Source: Tubulanus polymorphus (taxonomy: Eukaryota > Animalia > Nemertea). From it: a stretch of DNA of 64,000 bases. The stretch is taken from the NCBI RefSeq assembly GCF_964204645.1, contig NC_134028.1, positions 7,936,001 to 8,000,000 on the forward strand, written 5' to 3'. The notes beneath the pieces are model-generated. The model was given only the letters and a program-made list of their open reading frames with translations, did no database searches and was not told the DNA's origin. Below, one piece after another: positions 1 to 12,300 of this stretch (position 1 is its first letter; each line of letters starts with the position of its first letter). A program made the position numbers and the translations under genes.

Positions 1-303
1 ACGAACCCAAGCACTTAGTTCTTCAATTTCACATTTCGAATTATTTCATTCGAAAAATTGCATAGAGTGGATCCTTACACAGACAAAGGATCTGAACATT
101 TAGTAACTTATTCTATTTTCGAAATACTTCTTTCTATATTTTGTGAAACAGTCAGTAATTTCAATATCTGGAACAATGTAGAACGAATGTGGAGCATCAT
201 ATAGTTCAACTGAACTTAAAAATCTTCATAAACGCAAATAGGTTTGACATTCTTGATGGGCTTAAATGTGGCAGAGTTTTATCATGTAGTTAGTTACACT
301 CAC

Positions 304-3300
304 CAGATGAATGTAAGCTTGAATGTTGAATTCTGACTTCAGTTTCTCATATATCAGAGTCGCGTTCATGCAAGCAGTCATTTGTATTTTAGTCAGCGGT
401 TTCTGCGATTTGCCGGCAGGAATGATAAGTATTGAATTCCAGTCGACTGCACAAGGATTCGGATTCGTCATCAATATGCTCAGCTGAGAAAAGTCAGGGT
501 AAAAACATAGTCATCGAATCGAGCAAACCAGTTTAAATTTTGTCTCGTTAAACTCGGAACTGGGCGAAGTGATTAAGCCAAATACAGAAATGTTGAATAC
601 TAAAAATCTAAACCGATGCAGCGCTTTACCAACTAAGTCTAGGTATAGTTGCAAGTGGAAGTAGAAATTCTGAACAGAAAAACTTGACTTTCTGTAAGAT
701 TTCTACTAATTGATATTAATGAGTAAGTATATTTCCTTTTGCAGATTCACCCTACCTTGCCGACATCAACATTCATACTAAATACAGCATCTAACTCGGC
801 TGGACTCATCAGAATATTTCCTTGTATGAAGCGCTTGATTTCCGTTATATTTCGTACCAACATGTCGAGTGTGACCTTCGTTTGAAATGGAGTCAGTTGT
901 TTGATCAGCATTTTGACGATTCCTTGATACAACTGACCATATTTATAGATCATTTCGAGCAAAGGTCTAGTTCCTGGGACGTTTTGAAGTCCATACAATG
1001 CGACCCGTATTCCTTCGCTCACCCTGCAACGTTTGAAAAGGGATATTTTGATAACAAGTCCAACTATCCAATGACGGTGGAATACGTACAAAGTACTATA
1101 CATACAAAAGCGGAATGTCTTCTACTCGGACAGGTATCATTTTAAGCGCATTCAACACGTTGTTCGTCCATTTAGCGTCAGTCGTTCCTGTCTGTTTGAA
1201 AAACTCGGACATCGTTGGCAGACGGATAGCTCGCAGTAGTTGACTATACGACGTATACAACCTCTGGACACTTTCAATAGCTCGCGTCCAGTTTAACGGT
1301 TTCATCGATGGCTGGTTCAGTGCTTTAATCTATGATATGAGACAATTTGTTAAGAATCAAGCATCAATGGTATGCAAGCCTCTTATACTTTTTTGCAAAC
1401 TGAGAGATTTTTATACGTCTATCATTCATGAGGTTTTTACTGGTAACAGTAGTCATTGGAACTTTCTAGTTCCATAGTTGTGTAAGTTGAGTTTGATTCA
1501 AGTTTTAAAACTGGCAGTTCGTTTTCAACAGTGAAACACTTGAGTCAAAATTAAACTCCCAGTTAGCTTACTGGATTCTGGTGGTTACAAATACAGCTGG
1601 ACCAAGATAATTGAAGAAGTCCTACAATTCAAATTTTATCTGATAGAATCTATCATTATGAAACCACAACGTTTGGGCTGTTGACTAACAGCTAACATCA
1701 GGTGGAGGAATGACCAAAACACACATAACAAAGTATATCAGCTCGCAGGATGAAAACAGAAACTATGAACAGAAAAAATCTGAATTGTGAGACTTCTTCA
1801 ATTATCTACAGTGTGCACGGATTAGAGAGTTTATTCGACTACTGAGCCAAGATGTGTTTAGTCCAAACAAACCTGTTTAAGAATGACATCAAACTTGATT
1901 AGCTTCCGTAATTCCAAAGACAATGAAGTGAAATTCGTTGTACACAACAATCTTCTGATTTCATTCTCGTTCGCAGACTTCGGCAACATTATTTCGTTGC
2001 CGCAAATCAATTGTACGAAATTTCCATTGTTCACAGCAAGTTTCAACGTCTAGAAGAAATAGAAATGCACGTTACAGGGTCCCTATTGATCATTCATTCC
2101 AGAATTCAAGGATTTTTTTCCAGGAGTTTTTCATGGAAAAGATTCCAAATTTCAAGGAGTGTATGCAATCTTATCTTTATATCCCAATTACAGTACTCCT
2201 CCTAAATCGGTACTTTTTATCTCAGTAAACCATTAAATTCGTTGGAATCTGAATGTGAAAGGCCTACGACTACTGACTAGGCCTAAAACCTAAAAATTTT
2301 CTAATCGCCAATTTCTCAAAATTCAAGGCGTTTCCAAGCACTTTTGGGCATTTAGCTAAAATTCAAGATTATGCGAGTTTTCAAGGAAACGAGGAGTTGT
2401 AGAGACCCTGGAAGATTCAACTCACTGTCGCTGGTTGCATTGACGCGGACATTACGATCTTCACCATATCTGGAGTCAGACGATACGTTTCGGCCAAAAA
2501 CTTGTTGACAATCGGACTGTTTCCGAATACCGAGCCAAGTGACAAACCGGAACCTGCGAAAGATATCGTTCCCAAGTGAAAAGAATTGCCAACGCGATAA
2601 AATTGTTAAGGAATTCGAAGCCGAATGTGTCTTACTGTGTATAGCGTTTGTTCGGTTATACAGAACATCAGCGATCATTACAACGAGGTTCAGCGATTGA
2701 CGGATTTGTGCCCAAAATTGAACGCGTAGAAAAGCTGCATCAAGTTGTTGCAAATAATTACCAAACCTGAAAATGTAGGTTGATAATGCTTTAATACTGA
2801 ATGTCGTGAAATATACCGCTAGAGCCTGTTTCTAGAAAAGAAATCATGCATTCTAATGACGTTTTCATTTCAATGAACTCAAAATTAATTTAAGGAGCAT
2901 GCTATATGACAGCCAATTGAAATCACGCATTCAGATACCGGCAGCGATGTATCAAAACTTACACAACAGCTTCAGCTTTAGGCAACTGCTGAATGAAGGG
3001 AATCATTGGTACATTGACTACGACCGACATGTTGAAATATTTCACGACGTCTTTGCCCATGAGTTTTACTCCTTTCAAACCCATAAGACTGAGTATATTC
3101 GCCTGCAACTTCTGCACCGACTGAAGAAATCGTCCAAAGTCAACCTGAGATGTACCGAGAGCCAGTTGAACCTGTAAAACGAAGGTGCAGTCAATTTCAC
3201 AGGAATCTGGAGGTTTTCAACCTAATTCCCGCCTATAGTGGCCGAATCGGGCCATAATTCAAAATTGCTGATACGCAATGAAGGGGTCAGAACACGAAAA

Positions 3301-6300
3301 TGAAAAAAGAAAATACGTCAAATTTTCAGATCAGTAATTTTATGTTATGGCCCGAATGAGCCACCATACATAACCAAAACTTTTATAAAATCTAAACCAG
3401 GACGAGGTAAATAAACCTCTCTTTAGATTTGGGTCAAAATTGTTCCATAAAACTACCCATTACTTAAGATATACTGGGCAGTTTAGGTTGAATGCTAGGG
3501 GAACTGAACCCTGATTTTTCATGATGAAAGCACTGTCGTAGCCTACCTGCTGCGTGATTCTAGCGATATCGAATTGTTGTTGTAACTGCGCTAAAATCTC
3601 TGTATTGTTCCACGTACAAAACGCATCTTTCATCAATTTAGTATCGAAACCCGGTGAGAAATGTATCACGTTGGCCATGAGCGTCTCGTTGCAGAAAATT
3701 CTTTCTATCAACTGTGTATTGGTTTGAAGCATTGATTGCGTACTGATGAACGGGATAACCTGAAAGGACAAAAAGGCGTTTCGTTTGACTGAAAAAATAG
3801 CGAGTTCGGTCAAGAGTCGATTCAAATATCCGTTTCAAAATTTACCATGTTCAACTTCCACTGCGTAGCTAAGAATCCGTTGACGAAATCCGGTCCGAGA
3901 TTCATCGTTAGTCGCAGAATTTGTTGGATTTTCGTCACGTTTTTAACGATGCTGCTCAACTCGACCGTTTTATCCACCAAGTTCACCGTTAACTTCGACG
4001 TCATCTCGTTCACGTAATCGACCGTCGTTTTCACGACCGCCAAAGCCGTGAACAAAGGTTTCGCTTCGGGGACGTTTTGCAGCGCGACGATAGGCGCTCC
4101 GAATGCTTGCAGCATCGTTGTAAAACTGTTCGGATCATTAGGATTCAGGTTGAAGTATTTCGTCAACGTTTGTTGAATCGTATTCAGCACCGGAAGGATT
4201 GTTTTGTTGACGTCGAACGCGTTCGTGATCGTCGGATCGATTTTCGGAGGATTCAAAACGATCGATTGCACGATCGCGGTTAATCGCGCGTACTGAATCA
4301 AAGACTGATTCCAATCGATTCTGACTGGATCTAATTGCGCGGCAATTGCCTTTTCCCACTGAAAACAAGCAAGAAGGAATATTTTTTCTTTACGCGTTAT
4401 CTTCTGAAAGAAGTTAAGAAATATCTAGGAACAGGATTGAGGACACTTGTTGAGAAGTTTCCTCTGAAATCTTTACCTATGCGATTGTTTTTATCGTAAT
4501 CTTACACGTACCTTCTTAGAAAAACATTTGAAGTGTGATTATCCTTTTATGTTTACTTAATTTCTCAATGTTTTATTGTATCTCAATGAATCTTATGTTT
4601 TCATATTTTGTAAAGAGCCGCGATTAAATTCAATAAGCACGGCGCTATGTTGGTAAAAAAATGTATAATCATATCATGATAGTCTCTAAAGAATATAAGC
4701 TGGAAGGCTACAACGAATTGATAACTTAATTCAAAAACTGTTTTCTTTTAAATCCACCTTACACTTTGTTTGGCTTGTTGGCTTGTTTTCTGTTAACGAA
4801 GGCTCGGTCATACTTCATATTTTACTTACATGAATTTTGATCGCCTCAACATTATATGATTTCGCAAGTTCATCAACGAGTAGTGTGCTGTTCAGGTTAC
4901 ACAGTTTTTTCTGAAACTTGGGTAGATCGACGCTGACGCCAGACGGCCGAATTAACGCTGCTATGTTCACAGTACAAAACGCAGCGACAGGATCGGGAAC
5001 CCTCAGCAGTGACATCAACTGCAAGTCAAACCCAATAGGGAACACTTTTTGGAGTAGGCATTTCTTAACCACAACAGAGCAAGACTGTTGTGTACTAAGA
5101 TGAACTGATCAAAACTACAACTCAGGATCGGTATTATAGACCAGTTCTAATCTAAATATCAGGGCCCAGTATTATATAGACTTGTATCAATATCAACCCG
5201 CGGGCTAACTCAATTCATTTTCAAGTTAGTTAGCTTATGCGGGCTAACTCAATTCAAATGAATTGAGTTAGCAATTCTTAGTCAACTGAATTGACCCCCA
5301 ATTTGAAGTTAAATCATTCATAAGATGATTGTATTCTCGGTCAGATGTATGAAGTGTAAGTCGGGTGTTTATCTGTGCATGGTGGACTATGTACCTTAAT
5401 AAAATCAATTTTCGCAGTAAGCAGACTTTGTATTTGAGGCACGCTCAATCCAAAAACTGTCTTCATAATGTCCTTGAGTTGAGTAGTGTTCTTGAACAGG
5501 TCATCTAGCGTAATCGGGTTTGCTGAAATTTCGAAGAAGAATGACGGAGATGAAGAATTCTGGCCGAAATGAACTACCGGGTAACCCGAAGAAAACAGCG
5601 CTCATACGTACCCGATGTGATGGATTTTAATTTATCTTTGATTAGCGAAGTCGTAAACTGAACCGATTTGAGAACGGCTAACGCAGTACGACCCCAGGTA
5701 GTGTTGTGATTCAAATACGGTGTAAAATGATCCAGAGAACTAACCAGCCTATAAATGGTATATAGCATGTATGTCTAAGTGATGCAATCTCTACATAATC
5801 AACAGATCGAGAATATATAGATTTATTCGCAGGAAAGTGATTTTGATTCCCCTAAGTCCCAGAATGGAAACTATTGATAAGTGTGATCATTTCGGTAACC
5901 AAATTAAAACTTTCTCAACTCAGTCTGCCTTTCGATTTGTAACTCATTCCGGCATGACTGAACAAACTCTGTAGTGCGGTCAATTCAAAATGGCTGATTA
6001 AAATATTAGAGAACAAATGTAAGATCTTATGTACATGATCTAATGTTCAGTAGCAAAGGCGATCAAGTTAGAAGTTTTGAACAAATAACTCAGTGAAACG
6101 AACGCCCTAATATCAATTCTTACAGTTGAATAATCTGATCGGCCGATAGTTGCGGCATCAGTCCAGCTTTCTGTAAGCGCTCCAACCACGCGCTGATATT
6201 TCCAGAGTAGGCAAAGAAATCGACAAGATTCGGAGTTCGAATTCTTGCCGCGAGATTGAAACTGTTCTTTTCGAGTTCTTGAACGTTCAGGAGATACTCG

Positions 6301-9300
6301 GTCCAATTGAACTGTTTCGTGTACGTTGCATTGGAGGTTATTGCAGCAATCTAGGGAAAAAATACGATATCAGAACATAAAACAAGCCATGGGTGACAAC
6401 GGTTCTTGGGCTTAGGTTTGAACTCCCAAATCACCATGCGTTAGTTCTCATTGCATTTTGGATATGTTGTATCTACGGCAGTAAGCTAAATCTTATCAAG
6501 ACAACTTTTTGAATTTTGACCCCGTTCCTCAGTTGTGTGGTCATCTCCAAGGTCATGTCAGTGAAATATAGTTTTTAGCGCCTAGATCTGCAGCTAGGCG
6601 GCGCACTGGGCCCATTCTTTGCACAACTAGACCCCCATACAAGCATCCTACATTGTTCCCAGTTATATGAATTCAAGTTTTTCCCAAGTATTTCATGGGT
6701 GATTTTTCAATTTTCCCAAAAGGAAATGAACACATACCGTCATTCAACAGTCAACATTTCAGTGGTGACTGCTTGATAAAGGTGATTTTCAAGGGAAATT
6801 GCTGAAGAAAGTTACCCTTAGCAAATGCAATATGTGAAATGTAATGAATTTCCCAAGTATTTCCCTGATTTGAGGAAAATTTTTTAAATTCTCAAATATT
6901 TCCAAACCGGGAATTATCATATAAAAATTCCCAAGTTTTTCCCAATTTCCCTGTTCTGTGGGAACCATGATCCTACCCAAGTTTCATCAAGATCAAACCA
7001 CCATTAAGGAAGCTAAGCAGCTGAAACTTACGCATGCACTCACACTCTCAGACAGACAGTGCGAAAATGAGGGTCACATGGAAGCCTGAGAACCAAAATT
7101 ATTCATGATCGAACAATAGAGTGGTCCATATATATTACATCCAATCTTACATGAAACCTTTTCTCTTTTCCTCCATCTGGGTCCAGCCCCAGAGACTCAC
7201 TAACATATCATAGAAATCCTAGGGATGAATCCTCCGAAAGCTACTTGAAAACTAATTACACGATTTTCTGTTTCTCACCTGTTGAAGCATTTTATCAACG
7301 CTGAATGCTCTAGTGAGCTCAACCATCATCATCATACCGTTAACTGAACACAGAGTTGATTTCACCGTTGTCTGGTCGGCAGTCGACAAGATCGAATTTT
7401 TCGGGTCGCAGAACATCGCCTTCAACGTTTCAGGCCACGGACGCGACGGATTGGAAACTGCTTCACGTAATGCCTGAGAGGAAATACAATCATATCAGTC
7501 AAAGCTATTTTTGAACAATATCATTTGAATACCGGTAATATGATTTTTGAATAAATTCTGGAGATGGGTAGAAACGTTCTACCCAAAGCATCAGCAAAAA
7601 AGCATTATAGTTTTATGGAATCGCCATTGTGGGTTTTTCGTAAATTGAATAGAATAGTAGTAGTTGTTTCGATGTTCGAGGCTTCTTCACCTTTTCATCA
7701 AAGTATTCACCGAGTAATCATTTCATCTTGTCATCTTGGAAATTCATGAACAAAATTTGCAAGGTCAGATTTTTACTACTTTTCTGCTTGCATGTCATAA
7801 ATCTATCATACGTGATAATTTTGCAAGGCGCACAAAAAGTTGGTTAAAGGTTCAGAATTTTACAAAAACAGCTGCATCGACGACGTACCTTAGTCGGGTC
7901 AACTGAAACTGTGAACAACATATTAACGATATCCGGACTCATTTTAAATGCGTTTTGAATTGTCATCTTCGTATAGCCAGCGCTTTTCAGAATCGAGCCC
8001 AGGGTGATGTTTTGAGCTAAAAATGACAGAAAATAATAGACATACAGATTTATTTGCCTGAATACCAGTAATCGGCGATTAAACGATTAGAAAATGTGGA
8101 AAAAACTTACGGTTTATATCGGTCATTTTTTGATTGATAATCTTGACCACAACATTAACCAGTTCAAGATGGGGCCGGACGACTCGCCAGAATTCTGTGT
8201 TCTCTATTACGGGCATGAATTCTTCCATTATAGCCGCGAATCTGAATAGAAACGCGTGGACATTTGAAATTGCTAGGTTCTTATTCAACATTTTTCAACC
8301 ATTTAAAACTCGATCTTACAAAGAACAACTAAGCATTGTCGACGCATGAATTTGATACAGAAAATGTACATAAAGTTTTTCTAGCTTGGTATTTCACAGG
8401 CCTGGTATGGGCTTGTTGAAATATTTCGGATAGGACCAGCAAGCTTTGATATTGTGGTATGAAGCTAGGCCTTTTATCCATGATGACCTAGTTTGGTCAT
8501 ATGATAAACCATTCCATTTCACTATGATTTGAAAATTGAAAGCTCTACATGGAATGTTATGTTATATTAAACTTGTCTGATATTTTATGGTCGTACACAA
8601 TATAGTCAATCAGTCATTTCTTTGGTCATTGCTAAACCTCTTTCTGGGAAACAACAGCAAAACATTTTAAGTGCCAACATTTTTTTCTTACACTGAATTC
8701 AGAGAGATAGATTATTATTCATATCTTACGTGGGTATAGACAGTCGAGGCAAATTTTGGATGTACATCGTCAGCGTAATCGGCAATGAACTGTTGAATTT
8801 GAATTCTAATGGTTTTCCGTTAAATGCTACGCCCGTTATGGTGGCCAATGCTTGTATATTCGTGTACAGTTTCCATTCGGCTTCGACGAACTTCAACAAG
8901 TCGAACTTTGTCAGACCTTGACTTGCTGCTTTGACCTGAATGATAATTCGAAAAAGGTGTAAATAGCATGGACGAACAATTTTTCGTCGGAAAAATTATG
9001 TTAACAAGCTTTTTTAATTTCGACTGTTCCTCAGTTATGAGGCAATGTTTGAAGTCATACCGCCGAAAAACAGAGTTTTTAATGCCCAATTCTGACGCTA
9101 GATGGAGCATTGGGCCCATTATTTGTAGTAAACAAATGAATTCCCATAGTAACATTGTACCAAAGTTTCATTAAGATCGATCCACTTTTAATGAAGCTAG
9201 GTAGCAGAGAGACAGACAAACACAAAGAACGACAGACAGTACGACAATGCGGGGTCTACTACTGGCTACCAGTAGATCGACAATCAGTAGGAGTTTTGGA

Positions 9301-12300
9301 CATCTTGACACACAAAGCTTTTAGTTATCACGAGTATTCGAAAGAAAGTGGTGAAAGGGTTTTAAGTCCGTGTCAGTGAAAATGTTCTTACCTTTGCAAC
9401 CAAATTCTTTATGTTGAATTGTTTTTCGATCTCGGCACTAAGGGCAGGATCACTGATATTACAGAACGCTGATTTGATATCGGATGCAGTTATAGCCGGC
9501 GGGTAGAACATGTATTCATCTATTAACGATTCGTTGCAAACTACGGATTTCAGAGACACCGTCATCAAAACCAATGGAACCACCTGAAAATAACAACATT
9601 AAAATCAGCTATTGAACTAAATGCGTAGAACAGATTCACCAGATGATCTCTTAAGATAGGTAAGAAGATATGAATATTCAAAAACTCATCCTAGGAATAT
9701 CGTTGAGTATAACTAGACATTATCAATCAGCATAAGCAAAGTGGTGCTGGCAAGTGATTTAGAGTATCCGACTATAGGGCAAGACACTTTGTTGCCTCTG
9801 CCCAGGAGTAATTGCCTTTCTTTGGCATGAAGCTCAGATGTCACTTTTCCCAAAAAGGCAGAGAAGGCCAATACACAGATAGAGGCTAGAGGATAATAAC
9901 ACCACGCAGAAGTTATCAGTTGAGTTCCTAGAATGGATAGATGAACCCCTTGGCCGAGTACTGTAGATGTAGATGTACTATACTTGGGATGTTCCTTCTA
10001 CCAGCTACGAGGAGACATATGCTAGGTTAGATAATGCTCAATATTATAATTAAAATCTGAATGTATTTGAAATCAATTTCTTGGAGGATAAACATGCTGT
10101 CCATAATTGTTATAATTATCATATGATTAAGGAGTGGACAGGAAATGAGTCTAGGCCCATTACTTCAGCTAGCAGAGGACCATTCTGAGTGGAAGCAAGC
10201 CGTGAGGACTTGTGGCATCAAAGGCCTACCAGCTAAGACACATGATGATGAATTTTAGAATATGAATTTCATGATACTCTTAACCCTTTCAGTACGTCTA
10301 ACACCGCATTGCGGTGTATAAATCAGCGATGGACTTTGCTAGTACATTGCACTGTGGTCTAATGATTTAATTCATAAACGTTTTTATCTCTAATGAAAGA
10401 TGGCAGTAACTGTCAAACACAGTTAGTCATAAGTAAGTAACGATACACTGATTACACGCATTATAGGCCTAGCTGATGCCTGTTATTTGATACAATGGGC
10501 TGGAATTTTTTAACATTTTCAAATTATCTCCAGCACTTTACAGTATTAATTAATTAGCATTGAAAGGGTTAATGTATACACGGAAAGGATGTTTGATCGA
10601 TTTAGAACCTCGCGTACCTTATCCAACTTGAAGGAAACAGCCATCAGATTATCCAAAAGCTGCGGATGCATTTTTGCAACCGTTGTCATCATCGCGCGTA
10701 TTTTCTGCATATTAGTGAACAAACCACCGATGTCCAACGTCTGATTCGTGACTTTCGTCATTCCGAGCACGGTATTTGTGAAATCGAGAACGTAAGTCAT
10801 AGCCGCATACATCGGAGCCATGCTCTCGTAAAGCGTTGTATTCTTCAACAATCCATCGAACACTTTAATCAACGGATAAAACGTTTTCAAATCCTGCAAA
10901 TTCACCGTTTTCATAAAGTTATCGATGACGCGCTGATATCTATCGGCCGTTAGATTAGGAGGGATGAACTTCGGCGGATTCGCGATAACCGCCATCAACA
11001 AGTCGAGAAACTTTTTGCTCTTTGCGAGCAATCGCAACCAATCGATTTTTGGTGAAAAGTTAGGCATCAAAATCTGCATAACAGCGGCGAGGACTCGGTC
11101 GAATCCGTACGCGAGCATCAGCTCTTCGGACATTTTAGTTTCGTTGATTTTACAAAATAGTTCTTCGATGCGCGTAGCGTTAACTTCGGGACCAACGTTC
11201 AACGCGGCTACTAATCCTCCGCTACACAAGTCCGCCCGCCAGTTTTTCGACGTCAGTAATTTCATGAGCACGGCCGGATTGCGAAACGGAGCTTTCATCA
11301 ACGCGTCGATTATTGTCGGAGACTCGTTCAAAGCGATGTTGACGATGTTGCGAAGTTGCGGGAGGTTTGCGGTCAGATTTTCCAGCGTGTACGTCGCTCC
11401 CGGCATCAACAGCCCCGACACTTGACCGATAAACGCCGTCAGTAATTTATCGAGTACGAAAGCGGCTGATTTCGCGTGCGTACTGTTGTCCAACAACGGG
11501 ATCAACGCCGAATAAGTTTGAACAATCCTGGAATTAATTAATAAATAATAATACATGTGATAATAGTCATTTGTGTCGTACAGTTTTCCGAAGTTCAAAT
11601 GCGCTCCTCCAGATAAAGGCGAAACGAGCACGGGACAGTTTCGTTTTCATGAAAATTTTGAACTCAGTAAGTGACATGTTTAACACAGTTCGCAGAGAAT
11701 CAATGTAGTTATTCGAAAGTCTAGGAGCAATCCGTGAAAATTACAATTTTTGGAACTAAAATTTGTATTTCCGAGTAGTACTTACCCTTTCCTATGGTTT
11801 TTGCCAATATTTTCTAAATTTGGATTTATCGCCAATGGTTTTTCTATACGACCCGGCCCTGCGGTATTGCATTTAGCCACCGGCGAAATCCGCCATCTTT
11901 TTACGTCATAGCAGACCAAAAAAAAAAACAGCTATGCGGGGCAGGTGGGCGGGATTCCCACCATAGGAAAGGGTAAGTACTACTCGGAAATACAAATTTT
12001 AGTTCCAAAAATTGTAATATTTCCGTCGAGTACTGTACCCTTTCCTATGGTTTTTGCTAGACTAGCCTAGCACAAGGATGGTGGGAAAGGTAGATAGAAA
12101 AACCACCGGTCAAACGCAAGGTAAGAGGGAAAAAGAGAGCACTTACCCAAGCACGGAATGGAGCACTGTAGCACAGGGAAGACCGGTTGGCCACAGTGAG
12201 TCCGTCCAGCTCAGGGCCCCCCCCAGAATTTTGCGAAATTAATACTTGCAGATATGAGCCCAAACTATGTACAAGGATACACCCCCTGTGATCCTGATAA

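Noticed and set aside
747-1305. Apparent frameshift between ORFs 1096..1305 and 747..1103
   Set aside because: Explained by a ~80-nt GT-AG intron (GTATGT donor ~1105, TTGCAG acceptor ~1024) with compatible phase 2.
10666-11425. Plus-strand ORFs (95 and 153 aa) opposite the large ABCA exon, and similar antisense ORFs over DIRS and annexin
   Set aside because: Shadow ORFs of real coding sequence on the other strand; no recognisable motifs.
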